This document shows, piece by piece, positions 11,588 through 22,038 of a DNA stretch of 64,000 nucleotides. A program made the translations under genes and the position numbers. The stretch spans positions 1 through 64,000 of the forward strand of contig JBEUKZ010000022.1 in assembly GCA_048128005.1 (NCBI GenBank), written 5' to 3'. The DNA is from Veleropilina oligotropha (taxonomy: Eukaryota). Numbering within the stretch: the stretch's first letter is position 1; each line of letters opens with the position of its first letter. The notes beneath the pieces were generated by a model that saw only the letters and a list, made by a program, of their open reading frames with translations, had not been told where the DNA came from and did no database searches.

Positions 11588-12220
11588 GGTAACGAGTGTT
11601 CAAACCGGGACCGCGGTTGCCCTCCTGCAACCGATAGATAACCGGGAAGGCAAGCTATGTGTCGGCTTGCGGTCGCTCGACTGTTGGGTCGGTTGGCATA
11701 ACGTACACGCTGGAGCCTTCTTCAAAACCCCCAATAACACAGTGAAAGTGGCACCAGGTTTCTACAGCTTCGATTCCCTCGCCAAGACTATGAAGAGGTC
11801 CCTCGCTAACATGCGGCTCGACGTATGCCATGCTACCGGACTCGCGCAACTCGTTGTTCCAGAGGCTACTCGACTCGTGATTAGCGATGATCTACTTAAA
11901 CTCCTCGGCTTCAACCTTTCTGGGTGGCTACACCCGGGGACTTATGACGGGAACACGCCGGTAGGGTTCGCCATATCAGCGACCCTGCACGTTCATCTGG
12001 AGCAGCTCAGTACCACTGATAACGCGAAAGACGGCGCCCCGAGCAATATTCTCGCGGTGGTCCCTATAACGTCGCAGCTGCCCACTATCATAGTTATCCA
12101 GAATTTCGGCGACTGCAGGCCGGGCTACTCACGGAATTGAAGGTGTACGTCACAGACTCAGACGGTAACCTGCTCGACAATCACGGTATGCCTATTTCCG
12201 CAGTCCTTGAGATCCGATGA
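11577..12220 (+). pseudogene. Minor capsid (penton-like single jelly-roll) protein, copy A (small deletion near 12080)
   Basis: Pattern LHVHLE..STTDN..DG.PSNILAVVPI...ELKVYVTDSDGNLLD...ISAVLEIR, typical of Polinton/PLV minor capsid proteins. Confidence 0.7.
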
Positions 12221-12564
12221 GCAGCATCTATGGGATCCTTCTTGCAGAGGAGCCTTCAGCGACCCGGTGGCACTTTGTTCTTAGTTGTGGAGAAGCCCCC
12301 AAGAAAGGGCTGCTGATCAGGGAGTTTAGGATTCCAAACACTGGAGGTCGGTTTGGGTTGAACCCAGACCTTATAATGGTCCACATGACGAGTGTCCAGC
12401 TGTCCATCGGCACTCCCAGGGCATGTTATGTCAACAAAGTTGGCCTGGATACCCTCAAGCTGACACTCGCCTTTGCCCTCAAGGCCCCATGGGCGAACAT
12501 CATCTATTTGAACGTCCAGGTAGATCGGATATCTGCGCCTGCTGAACAATATAGCTACCTATAG
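12217..12564 (+). CDS. Hypothetical beta-rich viral protein (115 aa)
   Basis: ATGA overlap with the penton stop; its own stop directly abuts the next ATG. Confidence 0.6.
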   Translation: MSSIYGILLAEEPSATRWHFVLSCGEAPKKGLLIREFRIPNTGGRFGLNPDLIMVHMTSVQLSIGTPRACYVNKVGLDTLKLTLAFALKAPWANIIYLNVQVDRISAPAEQYSYL

Positions 12565-13200
12565 ATGGACAACAAACCCACGCCGCCATCAGCGCCGGTG
12601 CTGTATCCACAACTTGATGGCAGGCCTGGCGAGCCGGAGGCACAGTCTTTCCGACTACAAAAAGTGAATGAGCTGCAGGGACAGCTAGAACGAGAGAGGG
12701 ACACAAGGGCTGCTCTATACAAGAAGTACTGAAGAGGTGTGAATGTCGTCGATGGGATAGACTCGGCCTTTGTCATTGCCAGCCTTGGTATGGGTAGCGC
12801 CGGCATTGGTCTGTTGTCAACAAACGTTGCAGCACCCGTGGTGTTAGTGCTGGAATTAGCGGCGTTGGGGTGTGGGCTCGCTAGCATGGGTGGTAAATAC
12901 GTTAGCCGCCGCCTCCAAGTGAAGGCTAAGAAGCACGACGAGATACGAATACTGGCCGAAAGCAAGCTGAACACCATCAATGACCACGTCTCAAAGGCCT
13001 TAGCGGATGGGGAGATGTCTGATGGCGAATTCCAACTTGTTACAGACCAGATGGCGAAATATCGGACAATGAAAGCCACGGTTCGCCTCAAAAGTCTAAA
13101 GGCGCACACCGCGGTTTCACAGACCCAAAGCGAGCTTATTGAGCGTGGTCGTAAAGAGGGACGCGCGGAGTTGCTGAAAAAAATCGGAGTTGGCGACTAA
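12565..13200 (+). pseudogene. Two-TM membrane protein with N-terminal PSAP and LYPxL motifs (211 aa; in-frame TGA at 12730)
   Basis: Manual translation from ATG 12565 gives MDNKPTPPSAPVLYPQLD...LYKKY*RGVNVVDG, in frame with track ORF 12739-13200. Confidence 0.75.
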
Positions 13201-13279
13201 CCATCCAGGTTAATCGTGGGGGGGACTTCCCCCCTCCCCCGTATTAAAGCTAGCACTTAGACAGGGATGCGCCACAACC

Positions 13280-13685
13280 ATGAACTCCATGCTAATTCTG
13301 TGCATTGCCGCAGTGTCCTGGCTAGCGGGTGTCTCCCCCCAGGCGTCGTCACACGACACTGCACTAATTCTCGAACATACGTGGGCTAGGTACCGAAACC
13401 ACCCCATGTATAACATCCGACTAGACCCCTTGAGGAGAAACTTGCTACGAGACCCCCCTCCAGTTCCCCCACCCTCGTGCCACTACTATGTTGTCGGGAT
13501 AATGACTGTGGCCCCGACCCAAATACTGTTGTTTGCATCCAGTGTGAACAGCCCTCCTGATGTACGGGAAAACACGGGCATTATTTCTCCATGCTATCTA
13601 CCGGCTGCTTGGGTGTGTGGAGTCAAATAGGACACCTGTCGGCTGCAACTGTACTTTAGCCACTGGGAACTACATATACATCTAA
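13280..13685 (+). pseudogene. Secreted Cys-rich protein, copy A (frameshifted)
   Basis: Signal-peptide-like N-terminus; intact version at 24575-24982. Confidence 0.6.
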
Positions 13686-13734
13686 CGGCTGCGGTAGTCC
13701 CCGCCCTCAAACACATTTTCCGGCTTCCCCTGCA

Positions 13735-14189
13735 TCTATTCATAGCCCGTTAGGCCGTCTACTGTCGTTTCTCCCGTGTCTATTCATAGCCCGCTGCTCT
13801 TATCACCACACGCGTCAATTATTAGCCCGTTCAGCCGTCTACTGTCGCTGCTGACCCAAAAAAAAAAATATTTTGTCAAGCGAGCTTTTATCTGGGTCAG
13901 ACAAAAGTTTTGGTCCAGAGCGCAGAGTTTTGTCAAGAAACTTTCGGCCGGAAGCAGATAAAACAGTTTTGGTCCTGAGTTTCCGGTATATACCGGAAGC
14001 TCTGGACAGTTTCGGCCGGAAGCGGACAGTAAAGGACGGAAGTGCGTCATATAGGCCTAGGCCTAATAACGTTGAGTCAGCCGGGATGAGTGGACAGTTT
14101 TTGTGTTGAGTCAGCCAGCGAGATACGCGACGCAACCAGGAAGCTACGGCTAATAATAGACGTGGGAGAGACAACAGCAGACGGCCGAA
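13735..14189. promoter_or_regulatory. Non-coding subterminal region with repeated motifs and palindromes
   Basis: Repeated TATTCATAGCCCG and GCCGTCTACTGTCG, several CGGAAG, two GTTGAGTCAGCC, palindrome TTCCGGTATATACCGGAA. Conserved in copy B (about 25020-25460). Function is inferred. Confidence 0.45.
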
Positions 14190-14304
14190 CGGGCCGGCGA
14201 GGGTAACGGGCCGTCCCTAATGGCTCTTACTACCAGCTCTGTTCAAACGGGCGTGGGGAGCCTTCTTTTCCCATTCTAAAAAGTCCAATCACCCCCCTGC
14301 TGCT
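14190..14304. repeat. Right TIR of copy A (115 bp)
   Basis: Inverted match to 1-86. Ends CTGCTGCT (5'-AGCAGCAG), a Polinton-type terminus. Confidence 0.95.
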
Positions 14305-15278
14305 AGGGGGCTGTGGCAAGACTACGAGTGCGATCGAGCTCTTTCGGGCAAGAAATCCCATTGTGTTCACGCCAACCCACCGCCTCGCTAAAGAAATGTG
14401 GACCAGGGGGGGTCAAAGCCCAGACCTACCACAGCTTCTTCCGATGGAGCGGCCAGAATGACTGGACACCCGACCGCATGGGTCAGAGGTTCATCCCCCG
14501 CGTCATTATCTGGGACGAGGTCTGTACTGTTTCCAGGCCTATTCTAGAGATGTTCTTGGACTTGCTGGGCCAACACGAAGTTCAGGTTATCTGCTGTGGG
14601 GACCAGGGCCAGCCACCACCGATTACGGGGGAGATGCCGCACGATTGGCTGCGAAAGACCGCAGACTACTATGAAGAGGTCGAAGTAGACTACAGGGCGA
14701 AAGACGACCCTGCCCTCCAAGCCCTGAAAAGGCGTATCCGCCTCCAGCCCGACAAAGTCCAGTGCCAGGAAATGCGTAAGACTCTCCCCAGCTGCCTTGG
14801 ATGGGACCGGTTTGTCGAAGCCTGGAAGCCTGGTGACCTAATCCTCACCAGCCGTCAGAAGGTCCGCGAACGGGCTCAAGAGCTGTTGCTCCAGAGGCAC
14901 AAGGACAATTTCCCAGATTCCCAGGTGCCTATCCTGTATCACCCCAAGGACAGCAGAAAGCAGAATATTGCTGTAACCATCCCCGGCACAGCGCGCAGCG
15001 AACAGCTAGTTCTCAACGACGTCGTTGAGGTCACGATTGAGGCCACTGAGCGGGCTATCCTGACCCCGGATTGGCGCCTGGGCTATGCTCTCACCATCCA
15101 TTCAAGCCAGGGTCTAACCATTCACGACCCACAGAAAGTCTGGATCATCGACGACTACCTTCAGTGGAGTAATCTCACCTACCTAGCCGTGTCCCGGGTG
15201 GAGTATTTGCATCAGCTCGAACGGGTAACCTGTCCTCCAGATGAGGGTTCTGAGGACAGCCCCCCCCCCCCAAACTGA
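14305..15278 (+). pseudogene. SF1 helicase domain of the PolB-helicase, copy B (cut at Walker A)
   Basis: Starts at AGGGGGCTGTGGCAAGACT (GGCGKT); WDE, GDQGQ, HSSQG and AVSR motifs. Confidence 0.9.
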
Positions 15279-15573
15279 GCAGCAGCTCCGAAAGACCACG
15301 CAGAAAAAGCTTGTGGCATACAAACGCCAGGACCAGGCAAAGGGACTCCAGGGATTTAACCTCAAGGTCGAGGACATCCTGCAGCTCAAAGAAGCCCAAA
15401 ACAACCGCTGCGCAGCATGCGACATAGAGCTGCTCTGGGCATATGGCCCGAAAGACACACAGCAGTTCAGTGTCGACCGTGTGGACAACAGCAGGGGCCA
15501 CATCCGCGACAACGTGCGCTTAACGTGCCTGGAATGTAACCGAAAAAGAGGGGATGCTGCTGTCAATGCTTGA
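15241..15573 (+). CDS. HNH-type Zn-binding nuclease
   Basis: NRCAAC...SVDRVDNSRGH..DNVRLTCLECN. Confidence 0.75.
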   Translation: MRVLRTAPPPQTEQQLRKTTQKKLVAYKRQDQAKGLQGFNLKVEDILQLKEAQNNRCAACDIELLWAYGPKDTQQFSVDRVDNSRGHIRDNVRLTCLECNRKRGDAAVNA

Positions 15574-16606
15574 GAACTCTAACCGGCGGCAGCTGGGTGT
15601 CACGAGGCACTACGAGCAGTTCCTCACGAACAAACCCACGCGGTGGTCCATCAAGCAAGTAGTAGAGCACAGGCTCGTCAGGTTTAGTGATGGAGCATCC
15701 AAGCCGGTGAACCGTCAAAGACCACACCGGGTCAGTCACTCGCCGGCGACCACCCTCCAACTCACCGGGTTGGTATAGGAATCGAACATCTATGTCAGAG
15801 GGGAGTTTCCGTTCCTTCCCCTGTCGGCCTGGAACAGTGGAAGAGGGATTTTGTGCAACGCGAGGCGCCTTGATGGCATCCTTGGGCTTTTTACCGGTGA
15901 GGCGGGTCACTTCCCCATTCAAGGCCGCAACAACGGTGGGCAGCCTGGCCACCCACTCAGTTGACCTTTGACCCTCTTTCGCAGACCCTGCAAAATGCAT
16001 CTCTTTTGCGTACTGGTGCCCGAAGAGCCGCTCAGCGAGCATCCGGTTGAAGCGCTCCACGATCCCTTGATCGCGATGGATATCCACACGGCCACGCCTA
16101 ACCTCGACGTTATATGTAGCCAGCAACTGGGAAACCGCGCCCATAAACTCCCTCCCTGGGTCGACTTGAAGCAGTTTCGGCCAGCTAAGAGGACTCAGCC
16201 TGTAGATTCGAGACAGAGCTTCAGCAACCCCTTTGGCCTCTTTTGTGGCCAGTGGCTCAGCCTCTGTGTAGCGTGAGGCCACGTCGACAACCGTAAGCGC
16301 ATACCTGTACGTTTTACGGCCGACCTTGTCATGTGGGAGAAACAGGAGGTCGGCTTGGTGAACCTCGTTTGGCATTACGACGTCGAATTTTGGTCTTGGA
16401 ATGTGCCATGGCGCGGGTAAATAGATTTTCCAGATGGCCTGCTTCTTCAGCCAATACCGGGCCACGTCTTCAGAGACATCTTCTGCAGCCGAGATATGTT
16501 GTATCGCGGCGATCCCTTTCCAGTAGCCTCGGGGGCTATAGTAGATATTCGCAAGCTTCCGGTCCATTCCGCGCCATCGAGTTCTTTTGCCGGTCTTCGC
16601 TGCCAT
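15563..16606 (-). CDS. rve/DDE integrase (Polinton type), intact ORF
   Basis: IYYSPRGY, HQADLLFL, VVDVASRY, LQVDPGREF, GIVERFN. Confidence 0.92.
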   Translation of the reverse strand: MAAKTGKRTRWRGMDRKLANIYYSPRGYWKGIAAIQHISAAEDVSEDVARYWLKKQAIWKIYLPAPWHIPRPKFDVVMPNEVHQADLLFLPHDKVGRKTYRYALTVVDVASRYTEAEPLATKEAKGVAEALSRIYRLSPLSWPKLLQVDPGREFMGAVSQLLATYNVEVRRGRVDIHRDQGIVERFNRMLAERLFGHQYAKEMHFAGSAKEGQRSTEWVARLPTVVAALNGEVTRLTGKKPKDAIKAPRVAQNPSSTVPGRQGKERKLPSDIDVRFLYQPGELEGGRRRVTDPVWSLTVHRLGCSITKPDEPVLYYLLDGPPRGFVREELLVVPRDTQLPPVRVLKH

Positions 16607-16886
16607 CGAGACTTGCGAGGTATTCCAGCAACTTGATCAGTCTCCAACAGGCTTCAGCTTCCACCTCCGGAAGCTGCCCAGTCGTCGCCCGTAGGTTGGT
16701 CAGGCCCGAGAGCACCATAGTCTTTTCGTTGCACCGCCAGCAGTCGAGTGACGTAGTACCAAGGGGTGGGCCGGGGATTTTGTGCCTTTGGGCGGCAAGG
16801 CCCACCTCCTGCATGGCAAAGTACAGCTCTTCTGGGTGCCCCATTACATGTGCACACGAAAAAATGTCCAAACGGGGACATGGGAC

Positions 16887-17316
16887 TTAGGGTAGGAGCT
16901 TGTAGGCTAACAACCCGGTTGCAGCCATCCCCAGGATGACGAAGGTGATCTCTCGGTCCTTCTGGTCAGCGCTCGGCGTGTAGTAGTCGGACAGGGCGGG
17001 CTCAGGGCCACCCCCAGGGCGGGGTCGAGGTTCTTGCCGGTGATCAATGCATACTCACGGATCGCGGCGTCAACATCCCGGAAAGTGCCAACGGCATGAC
17101 CCTGGCGGCGAAGTTCAACGTTAAGCCAATCGAGATGCTCTGCCCTCTTTTGGGACCATTTAGTCTGAGCGGCCTGGAGCTGCTCTACGGCTTGGTCGTG
17201 ACATTTACGGTCCTCATCAACACCTGAGCTGCGTAGCTTCGAGAACAGGAAGTTCGACCCGCTGAAGGCAAGGGCGTTGACAAGAGCGCCCCAACCAGCA
17301 TCGCTATGGAGGCCAT
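16887..17316 (-). pseudogene. Membrane protein, copy B of 5221-5670 (frameshifted)
   Basis: Nucleotide collinearity with copy A. Confidence 0.7.
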
Positions 17317-17336
17317 TGTCTTGCGGTACAGCACTA

Positions 17337-17575
17337 CTACTTCAATATGTCGGCTGGGATGATGCCTTGCTTGATCAGCATATCCTTCGTCGCCATGGCG
17401 AGCGCTACGTCGAGGACGACCATCCGACATCATAACCAGTGAAGTCCAGTTTTGGGCTTACCCCCTTGAAGGCCGTCTTTCCCAGGCGTGAGTAGCCACT
17501 GGCAAGGCCAGACACTATGGCCGAATGATAGACGGCGTTGCCGAGCATCTTTCCATCGGTGATTGGGGTAGTCAT
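17337..17575 (-). pseudogene. Small hydrophobic protein, copy B of 5673-5912 (frameshifted)
   Basis: Nucleotide collinearity; 1-bp deletion near 17425. Confidence 0.65.
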
Positions 17576-17611
17576 GTTGTTGATTAGTACACGTTGCTAC
17601 TGCTACTCGAC

Positions 17612-18112
17612 CTATCGCATATGGAACGGGTTGTGCTTAGTCTCCAATTCGAGAGCCGGCTGCCTGGCATCCGCGAGCTGCGGTACGCGGGGCTGTTGAT
17701 GTGGTGTGGATACACCTCTGCCGCATTTCCAGACAACAAATAACAGCGCAACCCCGCCCGCAGCGAAGAGTCCATGGGTCCAATTCAATGGGTCCGATTT
17801 CCGTGTAGCTGACACTGCGCCCCCGGCGCGAAAGTCGTTTTCGACCGCAGTCACTTCGGCCAGGGTATTACCACTGTGTGGCTGTGCCAGTTCCGAAGGA
17901 ACGACCTGTGAGGTATCATCCAATGTGCTGACGGATACTTGTCGAGTGTCTTCCTTAAGTTTTCTAACCTCGGCAAGTAGCCTCTCCTGTTTGGCTTTCC
18001 GAGCAGCAACACCGGCCCGACCTGCAGCCACCTTTTTAGGGTCCTTCCCCGAAGAAGAAGTCACCCTCTCTATCGGCTGGCTCTCCGGCTGGCTCGCTAG
18101 CATTTGGTCCAC
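17612..18112 (-). CDS. Basic-helix/TM/NPF protein, copy B
   Basis: Near-identical to 5949-6464. Confidence 0.65.
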   Translation of the reverse strand: MDQMLASQPESQPIERVTSSSGKDPKKVAAGRAGVAARKAKQERLLAEVRKLKEDTRQVSVSTLDDTSQVVPSELAQPHSGNTLAEVTAVENDFRAGGAVSATRKSDPLNWTHGLFAAGGVALLFVVWKCGRGVSTPHQQPRVPQLADARQPALELETKHNPFHMR

Positions 18113-18779
18113 TTCCTGCGTTGTTATCTTGATCTCGCTCTCGCTCTATCTTGGGCGGGCAAACATGTCCAAATTGGCAGTGTTTAGCCGTGGTCAGCGC
18201 GGCGGTCAGCGGTGCCAGGTACATTCCGTATTTGTGATACAACTCACAGCTTGCAGTGCAAAGCGCGTGTGAGATGAAAGGGTCGGCCTCCAGGTCGGCG
18301 ATCAGTCGTAGTAGGTTTTCCCATGAAATGGGCAAGACTGTCCCCGCTGCACCCGCATAGAGATGAATCGCGGCAGTTCCCAGGGTCTTCGTCATTTCGG
18401 CACCGAGCTTCGCTTCGTACCTTGTGTGGTGCTTGTCAATCTCATCGTCGGTCATAGCGTCGATCTGGTCAACCGTGAGGTTGCTTCCCAAGTATTTGCC
18501 TGCCTGTCCTCCAATGGCTAATGCTGCAAGCCTCTCCCGCTTTTTTGCTACGCCGGTTTCAGGTTCCTCGCCACATTCAGTCGTCGAGCGGGGTGGGCCG
18601 CAGACGGTCGTTTCTTGTTCGTCGTCAATGAGTTGATCGATGAGGCTGTCCATCCTTAAGCATTTCCAACATCGCCTCGCCGGTCTAATATAACCGTACA
18701 GCCAGTACCACCATGTTATGAGTAACAGCAACAGAAGGCTCTGGCTGCAAGCAACGGCATAGCATACAGCATCCGACAT
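18036..18779 (-). CDS. Conserved hypothetical viral protein (intact in copy B)
   Basis: 247-aa ORF between the ATPase and the membrane genes; the true start may be the internal MDSLIDQL. Confidence 0.65.
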   Translation of the reverse strand: MSDAVCYAVACSQSLLLLLLITWWYWLYGYIRPARRCWKCLRMDSLIDQLIDDEQETTVCGPPRSTTECGEEPETGVAKKRERLAALAIGGQAGKYLGSNLTVDQIDAMTDDEIDKHHTRYEAKLGAEMTKTLGTAAIHLYAGAAGTVLPISWENLLRLIADLEADPFISHALCTASCELYHKYGMYLAPLTAALTTAKHCQFGHVCPPKIERERDQDNNAGSGPNASEPAGEPADREGDFFFGEGP

Positions 18780-18811
18780 GATGGGTAGATGCTGTAGATG
18801 CTGGGTAGATG

Positions 18812-19443
18812 CTATAGCACACTATAAGCAATGGGCTGATCAGTTTTCAACAGAAGATTAGCGTGTCTGGTCTCGGCCAACAGCCGGCGCACCGCAGTCC
18901 ATTCATCTTGCGACCCGATGACATCGTTCTCGCGAAGACAGTCTTCAAAAGTATCGCGGTCCTTGCAGTGAAACAGCGCGACCCAGCCGGTCTGCTCTCT
19001 GAGTTCCTTCAAGACTGAGTTGTATTTTTGCGTCACCACCCATACACTCTGTTTGGCATGCCGTCCGCTAAAGGCCAACTCAGTCAGCATATCCCGCCTT
19101 TTGGCAAGGGCCTTGCTGGTGGCGCAGTCATCGATGATGTATAGGGTTGATTCCCCCTGGAACAGCCGGTAGAACCCCCGCAACCAATCATGGAGTCGCT
19201 CACCGGGGGGATCAAGTACACCTCTGGGTCAGTCCAGATCCACGGACAGGACTGGTATGCTTTGTTGTACTTGATCGTGGGGCAGAGAATTGCAATGTGC
19301 CGGAACACCCCTCGATAGACTCCTTTCAGCAGTTCAAGCATGAAAACCGTCTTCCCACACCCAGTCTGGCCGCAAATGATTGCGGAGTGGGGGTCCGTGG
19401 TGTGCGGAAACCGTTTAGTACAGTGCTGCGACAAAGCATCCAT
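18812..19443 (-). pseudogene. Packaging ATPase, copy B (one frame break near 19205)
   Basis: GQTGCGKT; YIIDDC; GRHAKQSVWVVTQKY. Confidence 0.9.
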
Positions 19444-20719
19444 TCTCGATGTTCAGCTGTGCATCCATGATCACGTACAGGTAAACGTTCAACGGGCCGG
19501 CTGCTTCACCCGTCTTAGTGATCTGGATGGTGATACCCTCGCTGGCGATCTCTACCCTCCGGCCTGACCCGTGCAGCTGATCGTCGTCGGTTACCCGCAT
19601 GTCTATCCAGAGTGCGTACTTTTTGGTCAAGAACTCGCCCAGGGTAACGTCTGCCAGTGCCAACTCCTTTGCAACCAACGCCACCTCAGGGTGCCGCTTG
19701 CTGATCGGGTTGGAGGTGAACAGTTTCTTGGCTTCTTCCCACACCTGGTAGGAATGCATGCCCTGGCTGTAGAGTTGATTCGGTACACCCTCAATGGTGA
19801 CCTCGACCTTTGTGATCTTCGGATTGTAGAAGGCCTCGGTGTCCCTCGCGAATGGTGCAGCGTTTCTCGCGGGGTCCTCAAACAGCAGTAGGATCCCTTT
19901 CATGGACCGCGCCAGTACATTCAGGTTCAGATTCCACAAGGTGTCGCTCTTGTCTCTGGTGAGCTTACGATGCCGGAGCACACGGTCATAGAGGATGGCG
20001 AGGCGGCTCGAGTACTGGTTTCGTATAAGCATGGCCAGTTCTACCCGGGTGACCATATCATATTCCAGGCTAATATTCGAGATGTCATAGCTAGAGCCGG
20101 GGTCGTCAGTGTCCTTGATCGTCTGCGCATGGTCGTTGAACGTTAGCTCGTACTCGAGACGGTCCCCCAGCGCACTCTGATAGAAGGGCATGTGGCTTTC
20201 TAGCAATTCGAAGTCCAACAGGATGCGGAACCGAGGACCTTAAGCGACCGAGGTGGCCACATCCTCAGAAACTCTGAAGGCGTCTGCCGCACCAACACGA
20301 TGCTTCGTAGTGTTTTGTCCATCGCTGGTATCAATCCCCTGGTATTGGGCGCTATTGCACTCCTGGGGTGTCTTCCAGAGATCGCAGTAGCAGTGATACA
20401 CGTCGGAGTCGTCGATAGACATTATCTCGTTTCCACTGATCTTGATCGTGGTCTTCTTGATCACAGCACGGCCAATATTCTGAACTACGGTTCTGTTCGG
20501 GTTAGCCGAGTTCAGAGAAATCGTAAATGCAAGGTGGGCAGTCCCCGGAACGATCACGTCATGAGCCCCGAGATTAGGGCACCGAACCAACAGCTGCTGG
20601 TTGGCATCAATGGTTGATGGGTTGTTGGTTATGGTGACCGACTGGCGAATACCCTTGACCCCAAGGGGCTCTCGCAGTCTGCGGTATGGATCAAGCATGC
20701 GTACGTATAGGCTGGCCAT
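19415..20719 (-). pseudogene. Major capsid protein, copy B (single in-frame TAA at 20240)
   Basis: ORFs 20240-20719 and 19415-20218 share a frame; read-through gives 434 aa. Confidence 0.8.
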
Positions 20720-20731
20720 GTTGTTGTCGCT

Positions 20732-22038
20732 ATGGCTGAATTAGATGCGTATCCAAGCGGTTGTATTCAAATGGCGGAATTCGAGAACCCCGCGTTCGAG
20801 CCCGACATCATCGATGATGATGATGTGGTTCCTTCCACTGACTGGATTGTGCCTCTGGCGCCACAGGAAGGAACCAGCGGTCTGCGGCAAGAGCTCGTTC
20901 AAACAGCGGTGGATGACTACTACAACACCCTGTCAAAGGAGGGGCAAACCCCCGCCACGGGGCGTGACTATTCCAGGTTCGATTACGTGGATGGGCGATT
21001 GCAGATGAAGGCCCATCCCCACATCGATCTCATCAATGCTAGCACCGGTAAACCCAAGTCTTTGGCAACCATAGCTGGCCGGCGTGGTGGGGGTAGTGCC
21101 ATCAGAGATGGGTTGGGTTTCGTAGACTGGAAGCGGGGGGACCAAAGATGTCCTCAAAATTTGTTGCAGCGCTTCAGACAGCCGACAATGAGTTGAGCGG
21201 TGCGGCCGCCAATGTAGACAATGTGGAACTGCGGGACTTGGGGCGAACTGCTAATGCCGCGTCAGTCGCAATCCACAAAATGGAGACGACCTACACAGAT
21301 GCCGAGGTTGATGAGATCTTGAGCACGATGGGGGACCCTCCATTAAATTTTCGTGAGCTTCGCGGGCTTGACAAGGCGATGCAGACAATCCGGGGCGAGC
21401 TAACTAACAACCTGGCCAAACTAACGGCGCTTGACGAACACATAGCTCTGGAGAAAAGGAAGCTCGATCAGGCAGATTAAGGGGGCGAGGAAGAGTTTGT
21501 TCGTCGACGAATCGCGGAACGTTTGCGTGGCTTAAATGATGAACGAGCAGCTCGCCTAGAGGCAGCCTCATCCAGCCGGGAGGCCCTTCGCTCTCAAATC
21601 AGCTGGATCTGAGAAATGATAAGTCGGATTCTCCACTCAGACACGATGCTGGCCGAGCGTATCTGGACCCTGTTCCGCGAGCAGGGGGTAACGATCGTGA
21701 CCATACTCACCGCGATTGGGTTGGCTATCTCGACTTTGGTACTAGCCCTAACAGGCGGAGCGCCGAGCATACCACAACCACCACCACCACCTTCCAGTGG
21801 TCAAGGGATAAAGGAGTGGGTAAAAAAGCAGCTGCAGAACCTGGGTCGGATTCTGGGCAAACTAGCAGGGAAGGCGGCTGCCGCACTCCCAGGAATACTT
21901 GGAAGCCTGATTTCCTGGCTTATCAACCTGGTCGGCAAGACAGCGTCGTGGCTTGCTGACAACCTGTGGGCTGTGATTATATCTGTTGGGGGCTTGCTTC
22001 TGCTTGCCGCTAGCCAGTGGGTGAAGCAAGCCAAATAA
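20732..22038 (+). pseudogene. Coiled-coil/TM membrane protein, copy B
   Basis: Three fragments matching 9007-10314. Confidence 0.75.

Larger units (their letters stand above)
1..14304 (+). mobile_element. Endogenous Polinton-like virus, copy A (left end about 29 bp outside the window)
   Basis: TIRs (1-86 vs 14190-14275, continuing to ...CTGCTGCT at 14304). Encodes PolB-helicase, rve integrase, ATPase, MCP and minor capsid. Visibly GC-richer than the flanking host DNA. Confidence 0.9.
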
